This document shows positions 30,383 through 41,859 of a stretch of DNA of 64,000 nt, piece by piece (within the stretch, counting starts at the first letter, position 1; each line of letters starts with the position of its first letter). This stretch comes from Diplonema japonicum (Eukaryota > Protista > Euglenozoa: Diplonemea). Position numbers and translations under genes: made by a program. The stretch covers positions 496,001-560,000 of the forward strand of contig OZ025685.1 of the NCBI GenBank assembly GCA_964019335.1. The letters run 5' to 3'. Under the pieces are notes generated by a model. That model saw only the letters and a program-made list of their open reading frames with translations, was not told the origin of the DNA and did no database searches.

Positions 30383-33358
30383 ATGGATCTCCACTTCTGT
30401 GAAGATACGGATTCAGAGCTCGGCACCGTGCGTGAGCTGAAAGCAGCCGAAGAATCGCGCGACACTGCGGCGAGCCTTTATGACTTAAAAATCACCGTGC
30501 GACAGGAAGATGCAAAAGAAGCGTCCAGCAGTGAAGCAAAGGTGGAGGAACCAGAAGCAAAGGTGGAGGAGCCACAGGAGAAAGCAGAACCAGTGTCGAG
30601 CCCATACTTGCGGCGGCGGCGACCCTCTGTGGATAAGGAACGGAGCAAGAGGCTTGGTGGTCTGGTGAATGTGATGGTAAAGGCTTCGAAACACGAGAAG
30701 ATGACGAAAGGGCTGAACGACACGCTGACCATTGTACGCCTTAAGCTAGACACTGCTAGACAGCGCCTTGCGGAGCTAGGAGGTGATGAAGAGAGTGATG
30801 AACGGGAAGCTTTACTCACCGAAGTCGAAGAAGACCAGAAGAAGGAGGCCGAGCTTGTAGCAGAGCTAGAAGGAGTGCGGCGGAAGTACTCCCTGACGGA
30901 TGAAGAACGCAGGACGCTGAAGAGACAGGTAATGTGCAAGCAGGACCGGAATGCCGAGGAAGCACGAAACCGCATGCAAGAGGTACGCGCAAAAGAGGCT
31001 GTGAAGTTCGCGGTGCGGAAGGAAATGGAGCACAACACCGAAGTTTCAGCAAAACAAAAGATGAAGCTCATTGAACAGCACGAGAAAGAACGCCAAGACG
31101 ATATTACTGCGCTTCGCATGCAGCTGTCCGAGTTAAAGATACGGATAGGCGACTACGAGAGCAAGTCCACCATACTCGAGGGTGACCCTGATGCTCAGTA
31201 CGAGCTGCGGGAGGTACGTGCCTCCGTGATCGCCTGCAACTATGAAGCCGAGCAGGTGCGGCAGAAACTTGAAGAAGTCGATGCCAAGTGGAAAGAGCTC
31301 GTGCCCGTGTTAACCCCTGAAGAGGAAAGGGCATGGCGGGGGCTCCAAGCAAGACAGCAGGAACGTGCAAAGAAACTCGAACAAGACGCAGAAGCCAAAA
31401 GGTTCCACAGCGCTAAAGAAGATGCGAAGAAAATGAAGTCCAGCTCTTCGGCCAAAAAACGAAGGGCAACCCTCGACGGTACGAGGACGGGGCTAAAGAC
31501 GAAGTTGGAGTTTCGAAAGCAAATTGACAGCCATTTCGAACACACAAGGAACACGCTGAAGAACCGCAGGGACGAGATGAACGATGCACTAGATGCTCTT
31601 AAGGCAGCCAGTGAAGTGGCCATGGCGGAGGAGAAAGCAAGTATCGTGGAGGACAGTATCCAGTTGTGGAACGAAATAAATAGTATTGAAGAAGAGCTCG
31701 AGGAGCTGTCCAAGAAGCATGCTGAAGACTCTCAGTTAGCGCAGCTCAATGCGGCCGAGAGGGCCGAGCAGCGTGCACAGCGTGCGTTGACGCACAAGAC
31801 TTCGACTTCGAGTGCTGTCGCTCCAGAAGAAAAAGAAGCCCCCCTCTCACCCACGACACCTCATTCACCAATGTTGGGAAAGGATGGCTTTGACCCTGAG
31901 TCTTTTCTGGTGAAACTCAGAGGTTTAAGGAGGAGGAGCTCTGAGGACGTGTCACAACCCCTGCCGCTTCCCGAGGATATAAAACGTAGGTCATCTGCAC
32001 AGTTGTCGGCAGCAAAGTTTGTAGGGAAGCTTCGTGCGGCACTGCTCAACAAGGAGAAGCCTGAGGAGCCACTTAAGGAACCTTTGATGGACGCGACGCT
32101 GGTGTACCCTGTGGGCTCTTTCAACACGGCACTGCTGCAGCGGACACGGATCCGCTCACGTGCGATCAGCTCTTTGCATGAGTCGACTATCTGCGTCCTC
32201 GTCGTGTGTAGTGCCGCCGTGCATCATGGCATCAAGGTAGAGCGGCCCCGCCTAACAGTGGACACGACCAGCGCCGTCTTTGAAAGGGACGAAACAGCAT
32301 CTGTTACGAGCGAGTTGCAGCCTTCTGTTGACAGTGACCGAGAGGCAGAGAAGGCGGAAACAATTCCGATAGAGTTGGAGATACCACGATTTGCCAAAAT
32401 GACCAGCATGAGGTGGTGCAGCAAAACCTCGGCAAGTGGAGTGTGTGCAGCCCTCTGTCTTGTGAGCATCGTTACTTCTACCGAAGTGGAGTGTGAGTTA
32501 CTCACAACTGAGTTTTGTAGCCCAGTACTGTCGTCTTCCACAGTGAGCCTTGTCGTTCCGCTAACGTACCCAACACTACCAGGGCAGGATGCGCTCCAGT
32601 CCTTTATTAATGCTTCCATTGACCCTCCGCCAGACCTCGTGGCGACACCCCCTTCTCCTGTCGATACTTTCTTTCATGCGCGGCCTGAGAAACAGCCAAT
32701 TCCGAAGTGGCTAAGCAAAGGAAAAAGGTCGCAGATCGAGATGTTCGAAGGGACGGCACCTCCTTTTTGGAAGAAGACGTGGAGGCTGACATATGGAGTT
32801 GCGCAGAACAGGAAGATGAGGAAGCCGTCAGGGCTCGTAAAGAAGCTGCGAGAAATGCGCGAGGTCGATGAACTGAAAAGCACGTTGCGAAGTAGAAAAA
32901 AGAAAAAACCACGACCGGAAATACCAAATAAAATGGAAAGAGACAAGAATGCACCTGTGGAGACTGTCGTAGATTTGCCTCACGGGAACAGGCTGAGATT
33001 GAGGATAACACCGCAGAAGCCTTGCCATAGGTGGGAGCCTGCGACTTCCCTTTGCCTTTCATGGGTCGCGAACGAGGTAGAGGTGCTGCCTGTCGTTACG
33101 AGCCTAAGATTAGATGCTCACATGCTGTCCACCACGCCTCCTCTGGAGCACAACTACCTGGCTCTCCCACACGACCCCTCTCTGGTGCACCGTATCATGG
33201 AAGTAGCCAAGCTGTCTTCAACAGTCTTGCAAGGCGATTGGCCTACGTGCTCCCCCCCTCACTCAGATTCAACAAAGCCTGTTAAGAAGAAAGCGCCCAC
33301 AAAAGGCAGTCGGCCGCCCGCAGCTGCAATCTACGCTGTCAAGTTCCACCGATATTAA
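30383..33358 (+). CDS. Large coiled-coil / low-complexity hypothetical protein
   Basis: About 990-aa ORF with an E/K/R-rich helical N-terminal half; start uncertain. Confidence 0.75.
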   Translation: MDLHFCEDTDSELGTVRELKAAEESRDTAASLYDLKITVRQEDAKEASSSEAKVEEPEAKVEEPQEKAEPVSSPYLRRRRPSVDKERSKRLGGLVNVMVKASKHEKMTKGLNDTLTIVRLKLDTARQRLAELGGDEESDEREALLTEVEEDQKKEAELVAELEGVRRKYSLTDEERRTLKRQVMCKQDRNAEEARNRMQEVRAKEAVKFAVRKEMEHNTEVSAKQKMKLIEQHEKERQDDITALRMQLSELKIRIGDYESKSTILEGDPDAQYELREVRASVIACNYEAEQVRQKLEEVDAKWKELVPVLTPEEERAWRGLQARQQERAKKLEQDAEAKRFHSAKEDAKKMKSSSSAKKRRATLDGTRTGLKTKLEFRKQIDSHFEHTRNTLKNRRDEMNDALDALKAASEVAMAEEKASIVEDSIQLWNEINSIEEELEELSKKHAEDSQLAQLNAAERAEQRAQRALTHKTSTSSAVAPEEKEAPLSPTTPHSPMLGKDGFDPESFLVKLRGLRRRSSEDVSQPLPLPEDIKRRSSAQLSAAKFVGKLRAALLNKEKPEEPLKEPLMDATLVYPVGSFNTALLQRTRIRSRAISSLHESTICVLVVCSAAVHHGIKVERPRLTVDTTSAVFERDETASVTSELQPSVDSDREAEKAETIPIELEIPRFAKMTSMRWCSKTSASGVCAALCLVSIVTSTEVECELLTTEFCSPVLSSSTVSLVVPLTYPTLPGQDALQSFINASIDPPPDLVATPPSPVDTFFHARPEKQPIPKWLSKGKRSQIEMFEGTAPPFWKKTWRLTYGVAQNRKMRKPSGLVKKLREMREVDELKSTLRSRKKKKPRPEIPNKMERDKNAPVETVVDLPHGNRLRLRITPQKPCHRWEPATSLCLSWVANEVEVLPVVTSLRLDAHMLSTTPPLEHNYLALPHDPSLVHRIMEVAKLSSTVLQGDWPTCSPPHSDSTKPVKKKAPTKGSRPPAAAIYAVKFHRY

Positions 33359-33497
33359 TTACTCATTCTTTTTTTCTTTGTGTTCGTGATCCGAGCAGTC
33401 TTAATTGTGTGTTCATAACTCTTCTTCCCTCCTTGACCCTCGACACTCTTGGAAGTATGCGTTTGGAGGTTTCCTCTTGCAAACAACCTGCCTAGGC

Positions 33498-36400
33498 ATG
33501 GGTGAACATGGCTGTGTACCGAAACTACCGAAGAGTTTCGCACGGAAGCCTTCCGAAGGTGTGGTGCGAGTGGTGGACGAAGTAGTGAAGGTACTGCAGA
33601 ATGGGAAAGAGGAAAAGCTGAAAACGGGTAATGGGAAAGTAAGAGGCTATGAAGACAAGATAGACCTTGACCAGCTCAGGCTGCTGAAGACGCTCTTTGA
33701 CGTGGAAGTAGATGACGGCGAGCGGGTGCTTGACCAGGATGAGTTTGTAGAGGCATTCGGTTCTGTTCTCGGCGGCACCATGGAAGAAAGTGTGCTGCGG
33801 GAGTGGTTCATGTGTGTTGATGCCAACGCCAATGGTGCCATCGACTGGGACGAGTTCAGCACCTACATCCTGCTGGAGGCACAACAGCGCATCCTGAAGG
33901 ACACCGTGCAAGCAGAGTACGTAGCACAGAACCACCCGTCAGCGAAGAACAAAGACGATCACCACTCCGACATGATCAGTCTCATGCTCGTCCACCCCAG
34001 AAATTCGAAGTACTACTCCTTCAGCAGGGATGGCACTGTCAAAGTGTGGAAATCACACAATCTTGAGCACGAGAGGGTTCTCTACAACGGTGGTAGCTGG
34101 ATCACGGACGCGTGCTTCTTACGAGGTGCACATAGGTTGCTGCTGTGCTCTGCCGACAGGCGGTTGTGTGTTATCGATTCGAACACCGGCGAACTGCTTC
34201 GTGCGTTTGCAGGGAGGAAGCACGTTCGGCAAGATGTGCGAGAGTCAATGTGCTTGCGGCCGCTGAATGACAAAAGGAAGTACGGTGTGTCTCTTGACAT
34301 GGAAAAGTCCTGGGGGGATGGCGGGACCATGGGCAGCAGGTTGCGCCTCGAGCAGTGCGGCAACCAGACCTTCACGGAGTTCCGTGTACAAATGGAGCAG
34401 TCGCAGCGCGAGAGGATAAAGAAGAAGCGTGTGGATGTCACCACGCTGAAGGACCTCACTGAAGCACCAACCGCACTTGAATATTTCACATCGGAGTCGG
34501 GCCAAGACAGCGTGCTGCTGGGCCTCAGGGATGGGATGATGCAGCTGTACCACATTAGCAGTGCCCTCTCTGGGATGCGTAACGTACTGCACGTTGCCTA
34601 CCGCTACGAAGGTCACTACACGAAGAACTCTTCTGACACGGCAATTAGCAAGATCAAGCTGTCACAATACCTGCAAGGTGCCATTACAGGCTCGTGGGAC
34701 GGCATGATCAAGATCACAAACCTTGAGACGGGGCACTTGGTGCGTGACTTCCACGGTCACGAGAAGTCTGTCTTCTCACTGGACTGGTCGGAGTCTCTGA
34801 AGATCATCGCAACTTGCGGCACGGAGCGCAACGTGCTTATTTGGAACCCGTTCATCAAGAAGCCTGTGTTCAGCCTGCAAGGGCATGCCTCGTCGCTGCT
34901 CAACGTGTCTTTCAACGAAGACGATCACCAGATCATCACGCTCAGCTCAGACCGGTGCATGAAGATATGGGACGTGCGCACATTCAGATGCATGCAGACC
35001 ATGTTCGACAACACACAGTGCCTACCCGAGAACAGGCATGTTGCTTTAGCCTACGACCCTCTGCGGCATACGATCATTACAGGCACTACGTACCCCACCG
35101 TGTGGCCAATGCGAAAGATATCGGCACGGTTCCCTGCCTCGTACATGGGGCATTCGAAGACCCCGATAGCGTGCTTGCTATCGCACTTCAGCCACTTCGT
35201 GACTGCCGACCAGGAGATGGTGATGGTGTGGGACATCGCCACGGGGAAGCGTGTCTTTGCTTACAACGCGTCGCGCATCACACCAGACTGCACGTCGAGG
35301 CTGTCAAGTTTCGTTTTTGACGATACTGGCAGACGGTTGCTGACGGGATCGCACGGTGGGGAGGTTGTCATGTGGAACTACCTCAACGGGCAGCCTTTAA
35401 ACACATACAACGCACGGGACAACACACCCACGCACGACATTGTGGAGGTGATGCACATTTGCAACGAGATTAAAATAGAAGAAAAGTACGTTGTGTCCGT
35501 GCGGGGTTCGACGCTGCAGATATACATCGATGATGTGAAGTACAACATCAAGCAGGAGAGCGAGTACATTGCCCCGTGCGAGGTGCTGTGCATAACGAAG
35601 ATCAAAAAGTACATGGCGTTGGGGCTGGAAGACGGGACAATACTTCTGTTCAATCCACAGACGGCCTCCATAGAGGGGTTACCACTCTGCCACACCACAT
35701 CCCTGATGGACCAAAAGCTTAAGGAAAGATTGATTGCAATGCAGCGACCCGGAAAGCACCGCGTGGAGTGCTTTGCCACAGTGCCCTCACTTTGCAAGGA
35801 TCTGCTGGTGTCCAGTGCATCTGATGGGTACATCGAATTTTGGGACACACGGACAAGGAGGCTGTTGGGAGTCTACAAGTCTGAAACAGATCGCCGCAGC
35901 AGGCAAGTGTCGCAAATCACGAGGATATGTAAAGACACCGAGCCTGTGATCAGCAAGATGGCTACGGATAAGCATAACAAGATGCTCATCATGGGCAGCG
36001 ATGACGGGACCATAGTGATCGTTGACCTGACGGGCATTGGTCAGGAGCGCGACTTTGACGCAGTGGGGATGTCGTTAATGTTCCAAGCACACCAGGATGC
36101 GATCACAGCCCTGTCGTGGTCGGAGGAACACCGCGTGATTTTATCTGCATCAACAGACTGTTCTGTCAAACTGCACACGAAAGACGGCAAGTACATAGGC
36201 TGGCTCGGCATGCACAAGTGGGACGTCGCCGACCCCAAGACATGGCAGGACGAGCCCCACAATGACGTGGTGCGGTACAATCCCATTAAGTTGAACGGCA
36301 CAATACAATGGGCTTCAACGGTGGTCGCTGTTGACGAGAAGAAGAGTTCCACATTCTGCGACCGGTTGTCAGTCGCACATGTCGCCGTTCCCGCCAAGAA

Positions 36401-37241
36401 GACAAGGATCAGGCAAGGCTCGCAGTATGTCGGGTGCCTATCAGCATCTTCTGCCAAGGAGATACCTGTGCTGAACTTCGGGGGCCTACTATCAGGGAGG
36501 AGTATACCAACCGCACGGGAGTGGAACACTCCAAAAGCTACAACTGCATCTTCGTTGACAGCCCGGCGATCGCCAAGGGAGAGCGTGGCAGAGTCCAGCG
36601 TGCTTCGGGAAACAGGGTCGAGGGGGCCGGACCCGAGGGATCATATCATGCATTCTGCTTTTGAGGAGAAGCTAGTATACGAGGCGCCGCTTTCCAAGAA
36701 AAGGTCAAAAAAGAACCTCGCAAAGGATCTGAAAGTCGAGGACACGAAGGAAAACATTCATGAACCGCCACAAGAGTCCTTGCTGCCGAGCGTCTCTGAG
36801 CTCTCGGTGGAGAAAAGTGACGGCCAATGTCAGGGTGACACCAAGAACGGTTTAACATTGGCGCAGCTCGATCAGAAGATAGCTAAGCACCACAGTGTGA
36901 ACGGCAAGCGTGAGGATTATGTGGAACTCAACCAGCCTTCATTCTCAATACGGCGCCCCCACCGTGCCTTCACCTCGGGCGGTGTCTGGGGGAACCTGCC
37001 ATGCCTCTCCCCGCGTTCCACACGACCGCCTCCTTCCATCAGCAACGCCGTCACATCGCCCAAGCCTGACACCAAGAAGTGGCGGTCATGCAGGGTCTGC
37101 AAAGAATGGGAACGCAAAGAGGAGAAAAAAGAGCGGATGCGGATGAAGGGGCCCGCTGCAGGAAGCGAGATGACAGGGCACACGATCATTAAGTGGACAT
37201 CGAACGACGTTCACAAGCTCCACAAGGACCCTATCTGCTAG
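33498..37241 (+). CDS. EF-hand + WD40-repeat protein (WDR49/WDR64/EFCAB8-like, probably flagellar)
   Basis: EF-hand DANANGAIDWDEF, then many WD repeats (SRDGTVKVW, GHEKSVFSLDW, GHASSLLNV, SSDRCMKIWD, AHQDAITAL). Confidence 0.85.
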   Translation: MGEHGCVPKLPKSFARKPSEGVVRVVDEVVKVLQNGKEEKLKTGNGKVRGYEDKIDLDQLRLLKTLFDVEVDDGERVLDQDEFVEAFGSVLGGTMEESVLREWFMCVDANANGAIDWDEFSTYILLEAQQRILKDTVQAEYVAQNHPSAKNKDDHHSDMISLMLVHPRNSKYYSFSRDGTVKVWKSHNLEHERVLYNGGSWITDACFLRGAHRLLLCSADRRLCVIDSNTGELLRAFAGRKHVRQDVRESMCLRPLNDKRKYGVSLDMEKSWGDGGTMGSRLRLEQCGNQTFTEFRVQMEQSQRERIKKKRVDVTTLKDLTEAPTALEYFTSESGQDSVLLGLRDGMMQLYHISSALSGMRNVLHVAYRYEGHYTKNSSDTAISKIKLSQYLQGAITGSWDGMIKITNLETGHLVRDFHGHEKSVFSLDWSESLKIIATCGTERNVLIWNPFIKKPVFSLQGHASSLLNVSFNEDDHQIITLSSDRCMKIWDVRTFRCMQTMFDNTQCLPENRHVALAYDPLRHTIITGTTYPTVWPMRKISARFPASYMGHSKTPIACLLSHFSHFVTADQEMVMVWDIATGKRVFAYNASRITPDCTSRLSSFVFDDTGRRLLTGSHGGEVVMWNYLNGQPLNTYNARDNTPTHDIVEVMHICNEIKIEEKYVVSVRGSTLQIYIDDVKYNIKQESEYIAPCEVLCITKIKKYMALGLEDGTILLFNPQTASIEGLPLCHTTSLMDQKLKERLIAMQRPGKHRVECFATVPSLCKDLLVSSASDGYIEFWDTRTRRLLGVYKSETDRRSRQVSQITRICKDTEPVISKMATDKHNKMLIMGSDDGTIVIVDLTGIGQERDFDAVGMSLMFQAHQDAITALSWSEEHRVILSASTDCSVKLHTKDGKYIGWLGMHKWDVADPKTWQDEPHNDVVRYNPIKLNGTIQWASTVVAVDEKKSSTFCDRLSVAHVAVPAKKTRIRQGSQYVGCLSASSAKEIPVLNFGGLLSGRSIPTAREWNTPKATTASSLTARRSPRESVAESSVLRETGSRGPDPRDHIMHSAFEEKLVYEAPLSKKRSKKNLAKDLKVEDTKENIHEPPQESLLPSVSELSVEKSDGQCQGDTKNGLTLAQLDQKIAKHHSVNGKREDYVELNQPSFSIRRPHRAFTSGGVWGNLPCLSPRSTRPPPSISNAVTSPKPDTKKWRSCRVCKEWERKEEKKERMRMKGPAAGSEMTGHTIIKWTSNDVHKLHKDPIC

Positions 37242-37337
37242 CTGTTTACACATGCTAGCTGCGTCTTTGTTCTTCCAGCATTTGTTTCTTCCCATACTGC
37301 TGCTTCCGCACTTATCTCTTTCTCACCCACCACAGCA

Positions 37338-38330
37338 ATGTATGCTAGCAAACCAGCGTCCAAGATAGTAGCATGGTCGGCGCTGTTCTGGTGCGTGTGG
37401 GTGGTGTACAACTTCCGAAGTGGTGCGAAACATGGCATCCAGCTCCTCGCGGACAATACAGAGTTCGTTCCCTTTAAATCTGTACCCCTTCCCAAGGGGT
37501 TGGAGAAGCGGTTATGTGACGCATTTGGGGACGAGCGGTGCTCGGAGCTGAAGGAAAAGGGGATGTGGCCCCCGCTGGACGCGGACTACAACATGGCGAA
37601 GCCGAGCCATCTGCTCTGGAACACGAGCGGTGACCGCGTTCTAGGTTATGTTGTGCCCGAGCGTGCGAAGGAGATGGGCATCGCGCACATAACAGTCTCG
37701 CACGCCCCGAGAGTGGAGTATTTCCCGACATTTTTCACCGGCGAAGAAGCTGACAGGTTGAAAGCGTTGGCAATGCCGGACCTGCGACCTTCTGGCGTAG
37801 GTGCCGGTAAGAGCTCCAAGCCTGGGGCGAAGGGCGGACGGACATCTGAAGGAGTACGTCTCGACAGGGGCGACACCTTCGTGCGGGAGATGGAAAAGCG
37901 AATTGCACGCGTGTCAAACTTTTCAGGCGCCATCGCAGAGCGCCTTTACGTACTGAGGTACAAAGAAGGCCAGTACTACCACCAGCATGTAGACGCGGGG
38001 GACCATGTCCCACGGGGCGCCACCTTCTTCGCCTGGCTGGAGGACCTCCCCCCGCCTGCTACAGGGGGGTGGACCTCATGGCCCCTCGCCAACAAGGTCA
38101 CGAATAAGAAGCGTCCAAAGATTTCGTTAGAATGCTCGACAGGACTGCGCGCAAGGCCCGTCAAGGGCGCTGCCGTACTGTTCTACGACATGACACCTGA
38201 CGGCGCCATAGACCCCCACTCCCTCCATGCGGGATGTCCTCCTGTGAATGGTGTGAAATGGGCAGTCACGAAATGGCTCCAAATAAAACCTCCCAAAAAA
38301 CATAAACACAACAAAAGCCATGGCACATAG
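37338..38330 (+). CDS. Prolyl 4-hydroxylase (2OG-Fe(II) oxygenase), type II membrane anchor
   Basis: PRVEYFPTFFT.EEA, RTSEG, VLRYKEGQYYHQHVD (HxD), SLHAGCPP..GVKWAVTKW. Confidence 0.92.
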   Translation: MYASKPASKIVAWSALFWCVWVVYNFRSGAKHGIQLLADNTEFVPFKSVPLPKGLEKRLCDAFGDERCSELKEKGMWPPLDADYNMAKPSHLLWNTSGDRVLGYVVPERAKEMGIAHITVSHAPRVEYFPTFFTGEEADRLKALAMPDLRPSGVGAGKSSKPGAKGGRTSEGVRLDRGDTFVREMEKRIARVSNFSGAIAERLYVLRYKEGQYYHQHVDAGDHVPRGATFFAWLEDLPPPATGGWTSWPLANKVTNKKRPKISLECSTGLRARPVKGAAVLFYDMTPDGAIDPHSLHAGCPPVNGVKWAVTKWLQIKPPKKHKHNKSHGT

Positions 38331-38617
38331 TGACATGGGCATTTTTTTTTTTTTTATTTCTCAAAATAAAATATTTTTTAACGCCTCTTATCTCTAAAGT
38401 GTTAACCGCGGGCTTGAGGGACAGGGAATCTTCGGAAGGGCGTGAATTTACAATGCCCTGCAGGAGAAGAAACACTCAAAAGAAACCAGCATGTTACGAT
38501 GGGGGTGTCCCCCGGACACTTTGGAGTTATGAGAGCGTTTTTTTTTTTGTAATACGTATGCAATATTCAACAACAGAATTATACAGCAAAAGAAAAATGA
38601 AAATAAATCAATTCCTC

Positions 38618-38687
38618 CCTCCTCCTCCTCCTCCTCCTCCTCCTCCTCCTCCTCCTCCTCCTCCTCCTCCTCCTCCTCCTCCTCCTC

Positions 38688-38710
<23 letters not shown>
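38618..38710. repeat. (CCT)n microsatellite, about 31 units
   Basis: Uninterrupted trinucleotide run. Confidence 0.97.
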
Positions 38711-38718
<8 letters not shown>

Positions 38719-39407
38719 TCTTTAACCAACAGCCTATGTTAAAATGGGTCTGTTTTCGCTATTTTTCTTTTATCCAACCCACTTTTTTTTTCTTTTTTTT
38801 TTTCTTCCCTGTAACTTGAGAAGGGTCCCAGGTTAAGTCAGGTTGAAAGAGAAAAAAAAAAAAAAAAACAATAAAGTGGAGGGAAAAAGAAATGTAAAGA
38901 ATGAACAACAAAAAAAAAAAAGAAAACAAGAGAGGGTGAAGCCTCTCGAACAGAAAAAAAAACAGAGAAGAAGAAAAAAAAGAAATTCCAACCCCAACGA
39001 TTTATGTACACTGCAAACCTAAATAGGTTTCTCAATGCATAATTATTGGGCTGGAAAGGGGGGGGGAAAAAAAGAGAAAAAAAAGATACGTGTGTTTCTC
39101 CCGTGCTGCAATGCAATCCATTGCCGCTGACCACCCCTCGGGTTAGAACTTAAGCTCTGTCCACAAGGATGTAAACAACATAACGGTGACAGAACGACTA
39201 GCAGGCGAGCACGTGTGGTGTGGATCGTTGTCAAAACAACAATCTTTCCACAGCATAGGATGATTCCCTTTTTAATTTTTTTTTGTTTTTGTTTCGGTTC
39301 CTCTTCGTTTGTTCTATTTCAATTTTTTTTTTTTTTTTATTTTTCTCTTCTTTTCTTTTTCCACTGGGAAAAAAAAAAAAAAAAGGAGGGAAAAAAGAAA
39401 TAAGGGG

Positions 39408-39441
<34 letters not shown>

Positions 39442-39443
39442 CC

Positions 39444-40021
39444 ATGAGCACGCAACGAAGCGTGCTAGGGCTGCAGATGAGGTGTGTCTCGAAATGGACG
39501 AACACCCCATTTAAATATGACAAGGCTCCCGAGACAGTAGTTTACAAGTCAGGGCCCGATGCAGGTGCGGTGATGGACGATTTTAAAAATGGAGCAGTTA
39601 ACAGGTTTAAAGACACAGTTTTCGGTACTGATGATAAGTATGTAAAAAGAAAAAAGAAGTTTTTTTTTTTAAAAACCACCACAGTTTGCGCGTGCAAAAA
39701 GCAAAGGAAGATTACGTTATACAGGAGCTAGAGAGGCATGAGATCATGCACGCCTCATTGGTTGACCAACATCCCAGACACATGGTCTTGTCGCAGGTCA
39801 GCCTCTGGTACTGGCCAGCAATGGTGGTGGCGTTGGCGATGGCTTACAGCAGCATGGAGTTCCTCATCAACCCCCAGGTGCTGCTTAAAATACAAAAGGA
39901 AGAAGGGGAAAAATTCGAGGCGGTGGCGGACAAAATGGAAACGTTCAAAATCGACGGCGTGGTGGAGAAGATACAAACCATCGAGGAGGAGCTCAGACGC
40001 AGGGGCGTGAAGAATGTGTAG
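39444..40021 (+). CDS. Small single-TM protein, possibly mitochondrial; exons 39444-39637 and 39685-40021
   Basis: A 47-nt GT-AG intron joins GTDD-N-LRVQKAKEDY in frame; basic N-terminus MSTQRSVLGLQMR; TM LWYWPAMVVALAMAY. Confidence 0.8.
39638..39684 (+). other. Spliceosomal intron, 47 nt
   Basis: GTATGT...CACCACAG, phase 2; restores the frame. Confidence 0.85.
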
Positions 40022-40154
40022 CTTCCTCCCCCCCTTTTTTTTTCTTTTTTCTTCTTCAATTTCTACTTCAGTCATGTGAGGGGGGAAACGTGTTTTATTT
40101 TTTTCTTTGTAAAAAAAAAGAAAGCCGCAAACCCATTCAGAACAAAAGCAAGCA

Positions 40155-41051
40155 ATGTACGTTCCAAAACAACATGTGCTGCGGCTTGCCGACCCTCCAT
40201 GTGTGCCCCTTTCAAAGGACCTGACCCGTATTGCGTACTACAACTGCGACCCTGTGCTCTGCAAGGAGCTAGCGGCAATCGTGAGGGAAGTGTTCGAGCT
40301 AGACAAAGACTACGACTTGAGCAAGCTGCACGAAACGGATCTGGGAAAGAAGGAAGTTGCGAGGAGGGGGCGTCCCGAGCGAACAGGCCGGCTCACACGC
40401 TTCAACAAGGAATGGTACAACGTCATGAAGCCCGGCGTTGGGAAGATGGACAAGAGCAACGAATTGAGAAAAAGGTTCCAAACGGCATACCAGCAGCTCA
40501 TCAGGGAACTGGTAGCCGACGCCATAGGCGAAGACGATGAGGTCATTTTTCAAATGTGGCCGACCTTCAGAGTGCATCTCCCTGGAACGGATAAAGGCGT
40601 CGGAAGGCGGCACAGAGACTACGACTACCTTCACCCACCTACAGAACTTAACTTCTGGCTCCCCATCGGTTGTCAGGTGTATGACACAAACTCCCTTTAT
40701 GCGGAGTCCGAGCCGTGCAAAGGGGACTACACCCCGTTCACCACAGAACCTAACCAAATGGTGCGTTTTTACGGGTCCTTATGCGACCACTTCACCCTCC
40801 CCAACACCACCCCGCACACACGGGTTTCCATCGATTTCCGCGTCATCCGAAAGCAAGACTACACCCCAGAGGCCGCGGGGCCCCAATCACAGTTTATCAT
40901 CGGCCGCCATTACAGCAGCCTTAAGCTCTCTGATCCGCTTGAGACAGGCGTCAGCCTCGTCGCCAAGACAAAAGGGGAGCCTGCTGAGATCGACGCGCAG
41001 TCGTCGGACGATGACGACTCCACAGTGGGAGTGGAGGTCACGTGGGATTAG
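40155..41051 (+). CDS. StrG-like non-heme Fe dioxygenase-fold protein
   Basis: FQMWPTFRVHLP, HRDYDYLHP..ELNFWLP, TNSLYAESEP.KGDY and CDHFTLPNTT.HTRVSIDFRVI; HxD...H triad. Confidence 0.7.
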   Translation: MYVPKQHVLRLADPPCVPLSKDLTRIAYYNCDPVLCKELAAIVREVFELDKDYDLSKLHETDLGKKEVARRGRPERTGRLTRFNKEWYNVMKPGVGKMDKSNELRKRFQTAYQQLIRELVADAIGEDDEVIFQMWPTFRVHLPGTDKGVGRRHRDYDYLHPPTELNFWLPIGCQVYDTNSLYAESEPCKGDYTPFTTEPNQMVRFYGSLCDHFTLPNTTPHTRVSIDFRVIRKQDYTPEAAGPQSQFIIGRHYSSLKLSDPLETGVSLVAKTKGEPAEIDAQSSDDDDSTVGVEVTWD

Positions 41052-41154
41052 AGCGCATGCAAAGCTGCCTTTGTATTCTAGCTTTGTTCTTTTTTCTTCT
41101 TTCTCTCACTCTTTGATTCTCGAGGAAGCCGCACAGATATTTGACATATACATA

Positions 41155-41751
41155 ATGGTCGGCAGAAAGGGAACCGGCGTGCACCAGAACAGCACCGCGT
41201 GGGTGGCGCACAAGCATCAGGAGGATCTAAAGCTGACAGAAGACAGGCTAAGGGGGTTCACGGATAACTGCTGCGAAAAGTGCGTGGAGGTGTTGCAATG
41301 GAGGAAGAACTACGGTAAGTACAAGATGTTGGCGAAGGCCACGAAGTGCCATGGGTGTCAGCAGAAGACTGTTGTGAGGGCGTACCATGGGATGTGCATA
41401 CCGTGTGCACGTTTGAAGAAGCAATGTGCAAAATGTGAAGGACCTTTCGCGATACCTGAAGAGGAGCTGGCAAGGATGGCGAAGGAAGCCGAGCTGAGGA
41501 AGCAGATCCAGGACCTTCCTGAACGGTTCAAAAGAACAGCTGAGAGGAAGCTCGAAAGAGGTGACGACCTTGCTCAAGTGGAGAAGGCCGTGCTTGCGGG
41601 TCAAGGGAAAAAAGCAGCCAAAGCTCAAACCCCCGTAGCAGCAAACAGCAAAACCGCCGAACCAACTGATTCTGCAGAACAGCAAAAAAAACCGACAAAT
41701 GAAAAAACCCCACAACCCGACTCTGACTCTGACTCTGACGAAGTTCTGTGA
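41155..41751 (+). CDS. C9orf85/DUF2039 Cys-rich protein homolog
   Basis: HQNSTAWVAHK, CCEKCVEVLQWRKNYGKYK, CHGCQQKTVVRAYHGMCIPCA, CAKC. Confidence 0.88.
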   Translation: MVGRKGTGVHQNSTAWVAHKHQEDLKLTEDRLRGFTDNCCEKCVEVLQWRKNYGKYKMLAKATKCHGCQQKTVVRAYHGMCIPCARLKKQCAKCEGPFAIPEEELARMAKEAELRKQIQDLPERFKRTAERKLERGDDLAQVEKAVLAGQGKKAAKAQTPVAANSKTAEPTDSAEQQKKPTNEKTPQPDSDSDSDEVL

Positions 41752-41859
41752 ACCTAACTAACCTACATCATCATTCAGCTTCGTGTTCGTATTCATTTCC
41801 ATCATAAATTGTTTTATTTTCATTTCGTTTTTCTCGTCTCTTACCCTTACAGGTTCAAG

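Noticed and set aside
38330-38729. Poly-Pro / poly-Glu ORFs
   Set aside because: Artefacts of the (CCT)n microsatellite.
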